A stretch of 64,000 nt of DNA, from contig OZ024760.1 of assembly GCA_964016885.1 (NCBI GenBank), positions 17,856,001 through 17,920,000 of the forward strand, in the 5' to 3' direction. The translations under genes and the position numbers were made by a program. How positions within the stretch are numbered: the stretch's first letter is position 1; every line of letters starts with the position of its first letter. The notes under the pieces were generated by a model, which did not search any database, was not told the origin of the DNA, and saw only the letters and a program-made list of their open reading frames with translations. This document shows positions 1 through 11,489 of the stretch, one piece after another. Source of the stretch: Eledone cirrhosa. Lineage: Eukaryota.

Positions 1-483
1 AACTGTTGTGTTATTACTTTTATATATATATATATATATATATATGAAATTTCGTTTCATTTTTTCCGTTTATCGTTTTCGGTACCCCGGCCGATTAACT
101 CACTCGATATACAAATTAGGCTGCTCAGCCGTTAATATGCATATGGAAAGTATATACTTTCAGACGTTCAATCATCTGGCAGGAAGGTATATGTTACTGA
201 CAATAGTTAATAAGCTTGAAACTAGTACAGCGTTCCTTTGTCAGTGTTGAACAAATGAGCAACGATGGTTGCTAGACACTGTACGGCTTAATTACACACC
301 GAACATTATAATAAATGTTCGGTGAATCCATACGTACATATATATATATATGTGTGCATGTATGTTTTGGACTTGAACATCTGAAACTACTTCGCTTTTA
401 CTTATTCGATATTTACTCCGTCACTCCTATGTGGAAAAAGTACGTTGAGTGCTTGAATTGAATTGCATCAATATTTACCCTAA

Positions 484-536
<53 letters not shown>

Positions 537-739
537 CACACTCTATTTCAAATGAAGTACAACAAATATACAAATATACAGGTCGTGAGTAAAGTGAAAA
601 GTTCGATCTTGTTTAGTCAAAAATGATTTGTTTTGATTTTTGACAGTTTTTTTTCTTTTTATTATTATTATTATTATTATTTTACAAATATCTCAAACTT
701 GATCAAGAATCCACGCAGCTATCTGAGCTTGCGTATACA

Positions 740-1045
740 TGCATGTGTGTGTGTATGTGAGTGTGCTTTTAAGTCCATAGTGTGTGTGTATGTGTGAGTT
801 TGTGTGAGTGTGCTTTTAAGTTAATAGTGTGTGAGTGTGTGTGTGCTTTTAAGCCCATAGTGTTTGCATGTGTATGTGTGAGTGTGTGTGAGTGTGCTTT
901 TAAGTCGATAGTGTTTCTGTGTTCGTATGAGTGTGTATGAGTGTGCTTTTAAGTCCACAGTGTTTGCGTGTGCATGTGTATGTGTGTGTGTGTGCTTTAA
1001 AGCCCATAGTGTTTCTGTGTGCACGTGTATGTGTGTGTATGTGTG
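740..1045. repeat. Minisatellite: GAGTGTGCTTTTAAGYCCATAGTGT core spaced by (GT)n
   Basis: About 6 copies of the core seen directly. Confidence 0.8.
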
Positions 1046-1147
1046 CAATTCTGCGCATGCATCTTTGAGTGCAGAGTACAGAGTTGAAATTGTTCAAATA
1101 ATTACTGAAGTGAAAAAAATGTTCTTTACATATCATTATTATTATTA

Positions 1148-1826
1148 TTCTCTCATCAACTTCCTCAAGTTTCCCCTGGAAAGGAAGGTGGAGGTGGAGA
1201 GAGAAGTGCTGCCCCCCAGTACATTTGCTAAAAGGTGGATGAATGTGGCCCGTGTGAATGTGTGTGTGTGACAGCTCACACCTATGCTGGTTTAGCTGGC
1301 CTCCTCCACGGTATATCTCGTTGGAGGTGTCTTGGGTGATTTAATAACAGGGAGCCCAGTCCTATCATCTCATTTCTACAGCTGAGTAAACTGGAGCAAC
1401 GTGAAATAAAGTGTCTTGCTGAAGGAAACAATATATCACCCGGTCCGTGAATTGAACTCGCAACCTTTCGATTGCAAGCATCTTAACATGTGTGAATGGG
1501 CCTAATTTGACCATGCGCCTATAGGCTAGCTAATTTGAGGAGGAGAGGGGTGCTCTCCCCGGGTGCCCTAGAAGCGCAGGGTGGTTCAGGATTGGTGGGG
1601 TACCTGAGTCACCCCTGGGTCGTCCACACCCATATAGAGGAATTTATTTTGTTATATTTATGCATAGTTTATTTTATATTTTTTTATATCTTCATTGTTA
1701 AATTAGTCTTGCCATTGTGCACTTATACTCGACTTTATTGTAAACCCCCCACTGTCCCTGTTTTGTATTGTCCCCTACATGTCGGCCCTTGTGGCGAATA
1801 AATGAAATCATTATTATTATTATTAC
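1148..1826 (+). mobile_element. 3' end of a Tx1/L1-like LINE, interrupted by an inverted SINE (~1340-1520)
   Basis: ORF end LINFLKFPLERKVEVEREVLPPSTFAKRWMNVARV, then UTR ending GGCCCTTGTGGCGAATAAATGAAATC(ATT)n; the same tail occurs inverted at ~8800-8935. Clade assignment from memory of family features. Confidence 0.55.
1340..1521 (-). mobile_element. tRNA-derived SINE (family 2, CORE/V-like)
   Basis: Reverse complement contains GAGTTCAATTC B-box and CAAGACACTTTATTTCACGTTGCTCCAG shared with 18845-19057 and 53947-54160. Confidence 0.7.
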
Positions 1827-1890
1827 TATCATGATCAACTCACAATTATCCTTGTTACCGTCGTAGCCGCCACAGCTGCCGTCACCACTG

Positions 1891-1951
<61 letters not shown>

Positions 1952-1959
1952 AATAGATA

Positions 1960-2320
1960 AGATATTAAAGAACCTGGTTTAAAACTATGAATGTTCCTAT
2001 CAAGGAACCAGACTTGAAACTCTGATTGTTCCTCTCAAGGATTAAATATCAAAGAATCAGATTTAAAACTTCTTTTGTTCCTACCAAGGATCAAATATCA
2101 AAGAATCAGATTTGAAACTCTGATTTTTCCTATCAAGGATCAAATATCAAAGAATCAGATCTAAATCTTTGATTGTTCCAACCAAGGATCAAATATCAAC
2201 GAATAAGATTTAAAACTCTCAGTGTTCCTATCAAAGATCAACTATCAAGGAATCAGATTTGAAACTCTGATTGTTCCTCTCAAGGATTAAATATCAAAGA
2301 GTCAGACTTGAAGCCCTGAA
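1960..2320. repeat. ~49-bp minisatellite (about 7 units) containing ATCAAAG motifs
   Basis: ATCAAAGAATCAGA recurs at 2048, 2097, 2146 (period 49). Confidence 0.9.
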
Positions 2321-2339
2321 TAAATTTGTATCTCGGCTT

Positions 2340-2533
2340 TGTTGTTGTTGTTATTGTTTGTTATGTTGCTATTGTTGGGAGAGGATTGTAGTGGTGGTGG
2401 TGACATTGATGGTTGTGATGATGATGTAGTAGTAGCAGTAGTAGTAGTTGATGATGATGGTGGTTGTAGTGGTAGTTGGATGGTAGTGGTGTTGTTGTTG
2501 TTGGTGGTAGTAGTAGTCGTCGTCGTCGTCGTC

Positions 2534-2578
<45 letters not shown>

Positions 2579-2657
2579 ATGGTAGTCGTAGTAGTTGGGC
2601 TGATGGTGGTGTTGGTGTTGCTATTGGTGTTGGTGGAGGTAGTGGGATTTGATGAGG

Positions 2658-2693
<36 letters not shown>

Positions 2694-3420
2694 AACTGTA
2701 GTCGTAGTAGAAGTGATGGTCGTTCTAGTGGTGTTGCTGGTGGTGGTGGTGGCAGTGGCGGAGGTGGGATTCGATGAGGTGTTTATATTTGATGAAGTGT
2801 TTATATTGTTAACAGTAGGAGTAGTTGTAGTAGCAGTGGTGGTGTTGGTAGTGGTGGTGGTGTTGGTAACAGTGATGGTGTTGGTGGTGTTGGTGGTGTT
2901 AGTAGCAGTGATAGTGTTGGTGGTGTTGGTAGCAGTGATAGTGTTGGTGGTGTTGGTAGCAGTGATAGTGTTGGTGGTGTTGGTGGTGTTGGTAGCAGTG
3001 ATAGTGTTGGTGGTGTTGGTGGTGTTGGTAGCAGTGATAGTGTTGGTGGTGTTGGTGGTGTTGGTAGCAGTGATAGTGTTGGTGGTGTTGGTAGTGGTGG
3101 TGGTGTTGGTAGTGGTGGTGGTGTTGGTAGCAGTGATAGTGTTGGTGGTGTTGGTAGCAGTGATAGTGTTGGTGGTGTTGGTGGTGTTGGTAGCAGTGAT
3201 AGTGTTGGTGGTGTTGGTAGCAGTGATAGTGTTGGTGGTGTTGGTGGTGTTGGTAGCAGTGATAGTGTTGGTGGTGTTGGTAGTGGTGGTGGTGTTGGTA
3301 GTGGTGGTGGTGTTGGTAGCAGTGGTGGTATTGGTGGTAGTGTTGGTAGCAGTGATGGTGTTGGTGGTATTGGTGGTAGTGTTGGTAGTAGTGTTGGTAT
3401 TGGTGGTAGTGTTGGTGCTA
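2340..3420. repeat. GTN-trinucleotide low-complexity tract and GTAGCAGTGATAGTGTTGGTGGTGTTG minisatellite
   Basis: Seen directly; source of the poly-Val ORFs. Confidence 0.9.
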
Positions 3421-3453
3421 TAAGATGAAGTATTGTGTGTGTATATATATATA

Positions 3454-3519
<66 letters not shown>

Positions 3520-3840
3520 AATTGCAGGACAGTTTACAACGTGTGTTGTTTGATCCATGATTTTTATCAGAGTTAAACTATGAAACAGAAACGAGAAATA
3601 AGAAGAACCTTGTATTAATATTACTAATACTACAGCAGACTGTGTATGATACATAGGACCGAAACACTCGCTTAAGGAGAGAATGGGTTCTTCTCTGAAG
3701 ACCTTCTGATGTCCAGCTCTCCTGAGAGTTTCTTACCACTAGTCTCTCTCATTCTCTTTCGCACACACAAACACACACTCTGTCGTTCTCTCTCTCAACC
3801 CTCCCTCTCTCTTTCTCTCTCCCTATCATACACACACAAG

Positions 3841-3873
<33 letters not shown>

Positions 3874-3943
3874 CCCCTCTCTCTCACACACTCTGCCTCT
3901 CTCTCTCTCTCTAAGAGTCAAATCCTGCGGGCTATTATTTTAT

Positions 3944-4257
3944 TTAACCTTTTGACCTCGGTAACTTGCTGCTTATTTCATTTGTTTCTATACTGATAGA
4001 ATTTTTGGGCTTCGAATTTTTCGATTTCGCCCTCTTCGGGGTCAGTTTCAACTTTGATCTTTTAGGGGTCAACTTGATCCCTTTCTGTTTTCTTCGCCTT
4101 TTTTTGTTCCTTCGTCTCTTCTTCTTGCCCCGTCGTTTCTTCCCTCGGCGGTTCTGACGCCGTTTCTTGCCTCTTTTCTTGTGTTTCCGACGTCGTTTCC
4201 ATCTACGAATTCCTGACTTCATTCGCCTGGCAGGGTCCGACCTGTTCGTTGCCAGAT
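3944..4257 (-). CDS. RSPO: R-spondin terminal exon, Lys/Arg-rich basic tail
   Basis: Acceptor ttttctttgtag; in frame (D)LATNRSDPARRMKSGIRRWKRRRKHKKRGKKRR...LPRSKG, TAA at 3946-3944. A basic C-terminal region is the expected last R-spondin domain. Confidence 0.88.
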
Positions 4258-4312
4258 CTACAAAGAAAACAGATGAATGTTAGATCAATATATATATATT
4301 AGAATGTTAGAT

Positions 4313-4370
<58 letters not shown>

Positions 4371-4407
4371 ATCTAACATTCTAATATATATATTGAGCTA
4401 ACATTCT

Positions 4408-4674
<267 letters not shown>

Positions 4675-4807
4675 TCTGCCAGGAGTTGCAACCGGTAGGC
4701 GAATGAGGTCAAGGATCTTGTCGATTGGTTCGAACGATTGAACACACACACTACTGTAAAGGGTTGCAATTTAGTAGCGACAATATGAACAAATTAGTGC
4801 AACTTAC

Positions 4808-4993
4808 CTGCACACGACCGCAGGGTCATCTTGCATTTTTGGTTCTCACTCAGAGTTGGACATCGTTCTCCATTAGGTGACGGCAGCTGTAGCACCTGGC
4901 GAGACCGGGCCTCAATGCCGTATTTATAGCCACAGGTTTGACCATTTCTAGAGCAAGAGTTCCAGCTGGTCCATGATCCTACCATGCAGTTCA
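4808..4993 (-). CDS. RSPO: R-spondin exon encoding thrombospondin type-1 repeat
   Basis: (V)NCMVGSWTSWNSCSRNGQTCGYKYGIEARSRQVLQLPSPNGERCPTLSENQKCKMTLRSCA with WxxWxxC motif; acceptor cttttgcag, donor gtaagt; 186 nt, phase 1/1. Confidence 0.95.
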
Positions 4994-5009
4994 CTGCAAA
5001 AGAGGAAAA

Positions 5010-5080
<71 letters not shown>

Positions 5081-5089
5081 AGTAGAAGG

Positions 5090-6640
5090 GGTATTTAATT
5101 TGTTGGAAATCCGACAAATATAAATATAAATGTTTATAACTGATTTAGAGCACTCAACAGCTTCCTGGAGTAAATATACAATGATATTAAATAAATGGAA
5201 ACTATATTTATAAAACCATATTTATTTTATTATAAATATTTCAAGGGTACCAAAAGACTTTGGTACGCTTTCTTCAGATAAAATACAAAGTTTGTTTTAT
5301 AAATAGAGACATACCCAGGGAAATCATACCTTATCAGTTGGATATTCTCTGGATAGTGGAAATGTATTAGGGATTTTTCAAACTTATGGGTGAATATGCA
5401 AATGAATATGTAAATAATTGAAAAACAACCGTTTATTTAAACGACTATGGAGAGAGAGAAGAGAAGGACAAAATAGTGAGAAAGAGAGAGAGAAGAAGGA
5501 AAAAAGCGAAGATGAATAAACAGCTCATATAACATTAATTTGAGGGAAATATATTCGAACAATTATCTATGTATATATGTAAGTATATATTTTAATAATA
5601 TGTGTATTTATATTAAAAGGATATTTTACGATTATTAGCTGTTTAACATTTGTTTATAATATATTTTTCTTCTGTTATAAGTAAATAAATAAATAAATAA
5701 ATAAATAAATAGATGGGTATATCATGCTATAGATAGTTGTTCTAATGAGTTATGAGGGATATTGGTTTTGTATTTTATGTAAATAAATATGCATTTAAAA
5801 TTGAGAATGATTTTAAATTAAATTAAATTAAATTAAATTAACTGAGTTAAGTAAGAATATTTATATTTATATGATTGAAAATATTTATATTAAGGAAAAA
5901 ACTCCGGTTTTATTTATTTATTCGTTAGTGTGAGACTATTTAGTCAAAATAAGTATGGATGTTTAAGATACATTTAGCCAGAATCAGTTAGTGGTTATTA
6001 ATATATTGAAAAACTATTGAAAAAATATTGAAAAAATATTGAAAAAATTTAATAAAAAAAAATAATATTTTTAAATTTTTGATGAAAATGATTTTGATAA
6101 GATTTTTGAGAAAATTCTTAAAAAATCTTTTAAAAAAATAATTTTTTAAGAGATAAGTAATTTTTAAAGAAATAAAAAGTTATTAAAATTAAAATTAAAA
6201 AAAATTAGAATTATATACGTATATATTATATTGAAGTGGAAGTATAGCAAATGTTAGAGATATTATGATTTAGAGATATCAATATATTAAAACCAAGTGG
6301 ATGAGATTGTTATGGAGATTAATAGGAATATAAGTATAATTATAAGTTATATATAGTTCTGAATGTTGAATTCTGGCGATGTCTACAAGAATTAAATAAA
6401 TTCGTTCTTAGATTAATAGAGTTTTTACAGTTAAGTATATAAAAAATTTCCTCAATACACAATTTGCAGAATCTAGATAAAGCTGTGTTTCGGTACGTAG
6501 GTGCTTTTGAAACTGTTTCCCAAGCTAATGAATAGTCTATATTCTTGCATTTTAATTTATATATATATATTGGAAAATGTGTGAGATCCTTGGTACAATT
6601 AGGTATATTTGAAAAAAAGGAAAATAATGACTTCACTTGA
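5090..6640 (-). mobile_element. Degenerate Penelope-like element remnant (GIY-YIG endonuclease C-terminus plus hammerhead-bearing terminal repeat)
   Basis: ORF 6340-6636 reads ..LAWETVSKAPTY..FCKLCIEEIFYIL..INLRTNLFNSCRH, like PLE GIY-YIG C-termini. Segment 5095-5350 recurs at 32698-32881 and 58580-59000. Confidence 0.7.
5223..5285 (-). ncRNA. Minimal type-I hammerhead ribozyme motif (family A)
   Basis: TATTTTAT-CTGAAGA-aagcgtaccaaa gtct tttggtaccctt-GAAA-tattta-TA-ATAAAATA: 8-bp stem I, 11/12-bp stem II, intact core. Confidence 0.65.
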
Positions 6641-6667
6641 AGTTCTAAACAATTTGATTTAATTTTA

Positions 6668-6762
6668 TAATTGTTTCTACTTTTGGCACAAGGCCAGCAA
6701 TTATCCAGTGCATTACTGGTACTTTATTTTATCGACCCCGTAAGGATGAAAGGTAAAGTTGG
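6668..6762 (-). mobile_element. SINE family 1 fragment
   Basis: Matches the TTTCATCCTTACGGGGTCGATAAAATAAAGTACCAG core repeated more than 15 times in the window. Confidence 0.85.
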
Positions 6763-6947
6763 TAACTCATAATATATATATATATATATATATAATGAGA
6801 GAGAGAGAGAATGGTGATAAAATGGTGGGATGACTGATACCAGTGAAAGAAATATAAAGACGATGCCCCAGTATGGCCAGTGGGTTCAATGATTTAACAC
6901 CAGTAAACGAACGAATGAACAAGGTCAGTCGTAGATGATATACTCAC

Positions 6948-7097
6948 CTTTTTGATGGCACTCTTTTGAGTAGTTGGCGTAATAATATCCGTTGGGACAA
7001 CCATGGATACATTTTCCCTTGTAGGCCACGTAAGGCGATTCACAACGTGTGCAGTAATTCTTGCTAAAGCAGGCCTCACATTTATCTGCATTGCATT
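6948..7097 (-). CDS. RSPO: R-spondin exon encoding furin-like repeat 2
   Basis: (K)CNADKCEACFSKNYCTRCESPYVAYKGKCIHGCPNGYYYANYSKECHQK; acceptor aatttcag, donor gtgagt; 150 nt, phase 1/1; splices in frame with flanking exons. Confidence 0.95.
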
Positions 7098-8195
7098 CTG
7101 AAATTGAGATAATATTTATGACAGTACATTCGGATATTGTTATCACATTTATCTTATTACATTCTGATATTATTATCCCCTTTAATATATTTCATTCTGA
7201 TATTGTTATCACATCTAATGTATTACATTCTGAAATTGAGATAATATTTATGACAGTACATTCGGATATTGTTATCACATTTATCTTATTACATTCTGAT
7301 ATTATTATCCCCTTTAATATATTTCATTCTGATATTGTTATCACATCTAATGTATTACATTCTGAAATCGAATAATATTTATGACAGTACATTCGGATAT
7401 TGTTATCACATTTATCTTATTACATTCTGATATTATTATCCCCTTTAATATATTTCATTCTGATATTGTTATCACATCTAATGTATTACATTCTGAAATC
7501 GAATAATATTTATGACAGTACATTCGGATATTGTTATCACATTTATCTTATTACATTCTGATATTATTATCCCCTTTAATATATTTCATTCTGATATTGT
7601 TATCACATCTAATGTATTACATTCTGAAATCGAATAATATTTATGACAGTACATTCGGATATTGTTATCACATTTATCTTATTACATTCTGATATTATTA
7701 TCCCCTTTAATATATTTCATTCTGATATTGTTATCACATCTAATGTATTACATTCTGAAATCGAATAATATTTATGACAGTACATTCGGATATTGTTATT
7801 ACATTTATCTTATTACATTCTGATATTATTATCCCCTTTAATATATTTCATTCTGATATTGTTATCACATCTAATGTATTACATTCTGAAATCGAATAAT
7901 ATTTATGACAGTACATTCTGATATTTTTATCACATTTGTTACATTACATTCTGATATTGTTATCACATTTAACATATTTCATTCTGAAATTGAGATGATA
8001 TTTATGACAGTACATTCTGATATTGTGATCACATCTAATATATTATATTCTGATATTATTATCACATTATATTCTGATATTGTAATCATATCTAACATAT
8101 TTCATTCTGATACTGTTATCACATTTAATACATTACATTTTGATATTGTGATCACATTTAACATATTTAATTCTGATATTGTTATCACATTTAAT
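7091..8195. repeat. 33-bp minisatellite with 131/132-bp four-subunit higher-order repeat, abutting the FU2 acceptor
   Basis: TTCTGAAAT recurs with its C at 7098, 7230, 7362, 7493...; subunits share CATTCTGA. Confidence 0.95.
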
Positions 8196-8197
8196 AC

Positions 8198-8460
8198 AAA
8201 AGTCAGCTCAAGAGTAGCACAGAGGAGACTGAGGTTAGCTGGGCATGCTCACTGACATCAAGAGTTGACACTGCACTCAGTGCTCCCGTGGGAGGCCCTG
8301 CATGAACACACTGGAAGAGGAAGACCGAGGTTGACATATGTTGATGCCCTAAGGACAGACACTGGTCTCTGGGAGACGCAGGAGATGGCAGTGATGTTGA
8401 GGGACAGAGACTGCTGGAGAGAACTCGTCCATAGATCTCGGGAATTTTAGCCGCCCTAGA
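8198..8460 (+). mobile_element. RTE-like LINE 3' fragment
   Basis: Reads RRLRLAGH..LPWE..GRGRPRLTYVDAL..DRDCWRELV, typical RTE-clade ORF C-terminus, with an internal stop. Confidence 0.8.
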
Positions 8461-8557
8461 ATTTGTGTAGAAGTTGTTTTGATTAGTGGAACGGCGTTCC
8501 TTGTGAAAAATAACGTGCGAGAAGTGAGAGAAGAAGAAAAAAAAAACTGAAACTTAC

Positions 8558-8776
8558 TGAGGCAGACACTGAAATGTTGCCGTCTGACTCCATAGAACCC
8601 TGTGGGGCAGGTGAGACGGCACACTCCTGTTTGACGCATCCCATAGCGAAGTAAGAGGAGAAAGTAACGTTGTTTACAGGCCAAACATCCATTATGGGTA
8701 GAGCAGCTGGCACAACCGGGGGGACATATTAACGTCTCTTTTTTATAGTCGATAACCTGGGACGAGAGTTCAGTGT
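8558..8776 (-). CDS. RSPO: R-spondin exon encoding furin-like repeat 1 (first identified coding exon; signal-peptide exon missing)
   Basis: Translates ..LICPPGCASCSTHNGCLACKQRYFLLLLRYGMRQTGVCRLTCPTGFYGVRRQHFSVCL, matching R-spondin FU1 Cys spacing and the RxGMRQ motif. Acceptor tttccttcag (AG at 8778-8777), donor gtaagt from 8557; phase 1 at both ends; 219 nt. Confidence 0.95.
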
Positions 8777-8799
8777 CTGAAGGAAACAACAACAACAAC

Positions 8800-8935
8800 A
8801 ATAACAACAATAATTCTTTCTTTATTGGCCACAAGGGCCGACATATAGGGGACAATACAAAAAAAGACTTGGACAGTGGGGGTTTACAAAAAGAAATATC
8901 GAGTAAAAAAAATTAATGCAACAATAACCATAAAT
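8800..8935 (-). mobile_element. Tx1/L1-like LINE 3' tail directly upstream of the FU1 acceptor
   Basis: Reverse complement matches 1700-1826 (TGTCCCCTA.ATGTCGGCCCTTGTGGC.AATAAA). Confidence 0.75.
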
Positions 8936-9205
8936 AATTGTTTCTACTTTTGGCACAAGGCCAGCAATTATCCCAGTGTATTACTGGTACTTTATTTTAT
9001 CGACCTTGTAAGGATGAAAGGCAAAGTTAACATCGGCGGGATTTGAATTCAGTCTGTAAAGGGACATAACAATGTTGGAAAGCATGGCGTCCGACTCTCT
9101 ACCGATACTGCCAATCCACCAATAATGGTTTCTGATTCAGGCCAACAATTTTGGGAGGAGGGAAAGTCGATTAAATAGACCTCAGTTCATGACTGGTACT
9201 TCATT
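8935..9205 (-). mobile_element. SINE family 1 (tRNA head plus Meta/MESC-like core), one near-full and one partial copy
   Basis: A-box TGGCAGTATCGGTAG, B-box GAATTCAAATCC, shared core. Confidence 0.85.
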
Positions 9206-9373
9206 TATACTTTATATATATGTATATAAAGAATTTTTTCTGTTTGCATGCCATCACAAGAGCAAGAATGTGGGGGGGGGGGGCTCATTTTACTGACATG
9301 GCTTTAAAAATGAGGCTTGTTTGCATAATTGCAAATATCGAATATTATTATTAATATTCGAAAAACTCAGATT

Positions 9374-9437
<64 letters not shown>

Positions 9438-9508
9438 TTATTTATTTATTTATTTATCTATGTATATATATATATAACGTCATCGTTCATTGGCACCTTA
9501 TTTTTCGG

Positions 9509-9556
<48 letters not shown>

Positions 9557-10295
9557 GTATATATATGTATATATACAGTCGAAAAATAAGGTGCCAATTA
9601 GCGATGACTTTAAAGGTTGTGGTCGTCTGTATATTTGGACAACTAGGACACAATATTGTCGTCTGCCGACTTCCTATGAAAGTTCATTGAAAAATGTCAG
9701 ACTATAAACAGACGACACGCGGCAGCCATCTTGCATGCAATCCGGTGGAGGGAAGAGAACTGGCACCCACACTATATATGTAGATGTATGTATGTACGTA
9801 TAGATGGATAGACGTGTGTATGTGTGTGTATGAGTGTCTGTATGTATTTATGTATGTATGTATGTATGTAGGCATATATGTTTGTGTATATGCATGTATA
9901 TATGGATGGATGTGTATTTATGTATGTTTATAAATATGTCTGTGTATATATATACACACATATATATGTGTGTGTGTATGTGTATATATATATGTGTGTA
10001 TATCAGTGTTAGTGTATATTGGGTACGTGTGTGTGTGTGTGTGTGTGTGAGGGAGTGAGTGTGTGTGAAAGAATGTTTATGCGCTGATGTTTATATTTCG
10101 GTGAAATGTTCCTTACAAGCCACTAAATGTAAGTTGAACTTTTCACGAGATCTAATCTCGTCGGTTCCCAATTCCCTCGAGATTTCAAACTTGAACAATT
10201 TCACAAATATGAAAATATATACTTCCATTGTCTTTAACATGTAGTATCTGTTTACTGTGTGTATAATCTAAACACATAAACATGGAGTAGTGTAT

Positions 10296-10388
<93 letters not shown>

Positions 10389-10526
10389 ATATATACTTAT
10401 ATATACATTTATACGTATATATTTCTGTATATATACTTATATATATATATATACATTTATATGCATATATATGTATATATACTTATATATATATATATTT
10501 ATATAAATATATATACATTTATATGC

Positions 10527-10587
<61 letters not shown>

Positions 10588-11489
10588 TGTGAGTGTACGT
10601 GCTCGTATCTGCAGATACGTGTATGTCTCTGAGTTTGTGTATGTATATCTATCTGTATGTATGTATGTATGTATGTATGTATGTATGTATGTATGTATGT
10701 CTGTATGTATGTATGTATGTATGTATATATGTATGTATGTAGTACATCAATAATGGTGACAAGCATTAGATATGTCTTCATCTGATAACCAGATGTAGCT
10801 GGCTAGTTAAGTAACTTAATACACGGCCTCTGTATCACACTTCTATTACGCTGTCTGATTGATAGAACACATAGTTACCACTGCCCTCTAATTCCACCAT
10901 ATATAACATTTCTATTACTTTCTATTACTTACAATGTCTGATTGATAGAAGAGATACTTGTCGTTGCTTGTATTTCTGTTTCTCTTTCTCTTTCTGCGCC
11001 ATATTTAATCCGTTCTAAACCTCGGCTAATTCTTCTCATCTCATTCCACCACCACCCAAGCCTCCCCGTTTCCCCTTCCCCAGGGGACCCAGCCAGCCAA
11101 CGACTCCTTAACTCCTACACTTTTTTCAATGAAAACCTCATAAATACATTGGGTAGTTTAGCTTCAGACATCGTTTTTCATATTCAATGCTATATCATCC
11201 GTCTCCTCCGCCTCCTCATTATAGTTAACATCAACATCATCATCATCAACATCGTCGTAGTCTTTATCATAGCTATCATCATCATCATCCATAAACATCT
11301 TTATAACAACCATCAACATCTCTACGATCCAGTAAACCAAAGATGGAACCTCTATGTAGTTCGGTGATCTGCTAGAAATAGCAAGTAAATATCATTGAAA
11401 TTACAGCCTACCACCATTAAAAGAAGGACATAGATGATCGTATGTCGTGGAGCTAAGGATTTGTGTTCTGTGTAACAAGTGTTAAGATA

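Noticed and set aside
2339-3423. Poly-Val membrane-like ORFs (also 19590, 20901, 34591, 37730, 57693)
   Set aside because: GTN trinucleotide microsatellites.
3682-3742. CTGAAGA-containing segment also found inverted at ~32218-32278
   Set aside because: No GAAA or stems; just a short dispersed repeat fragment.
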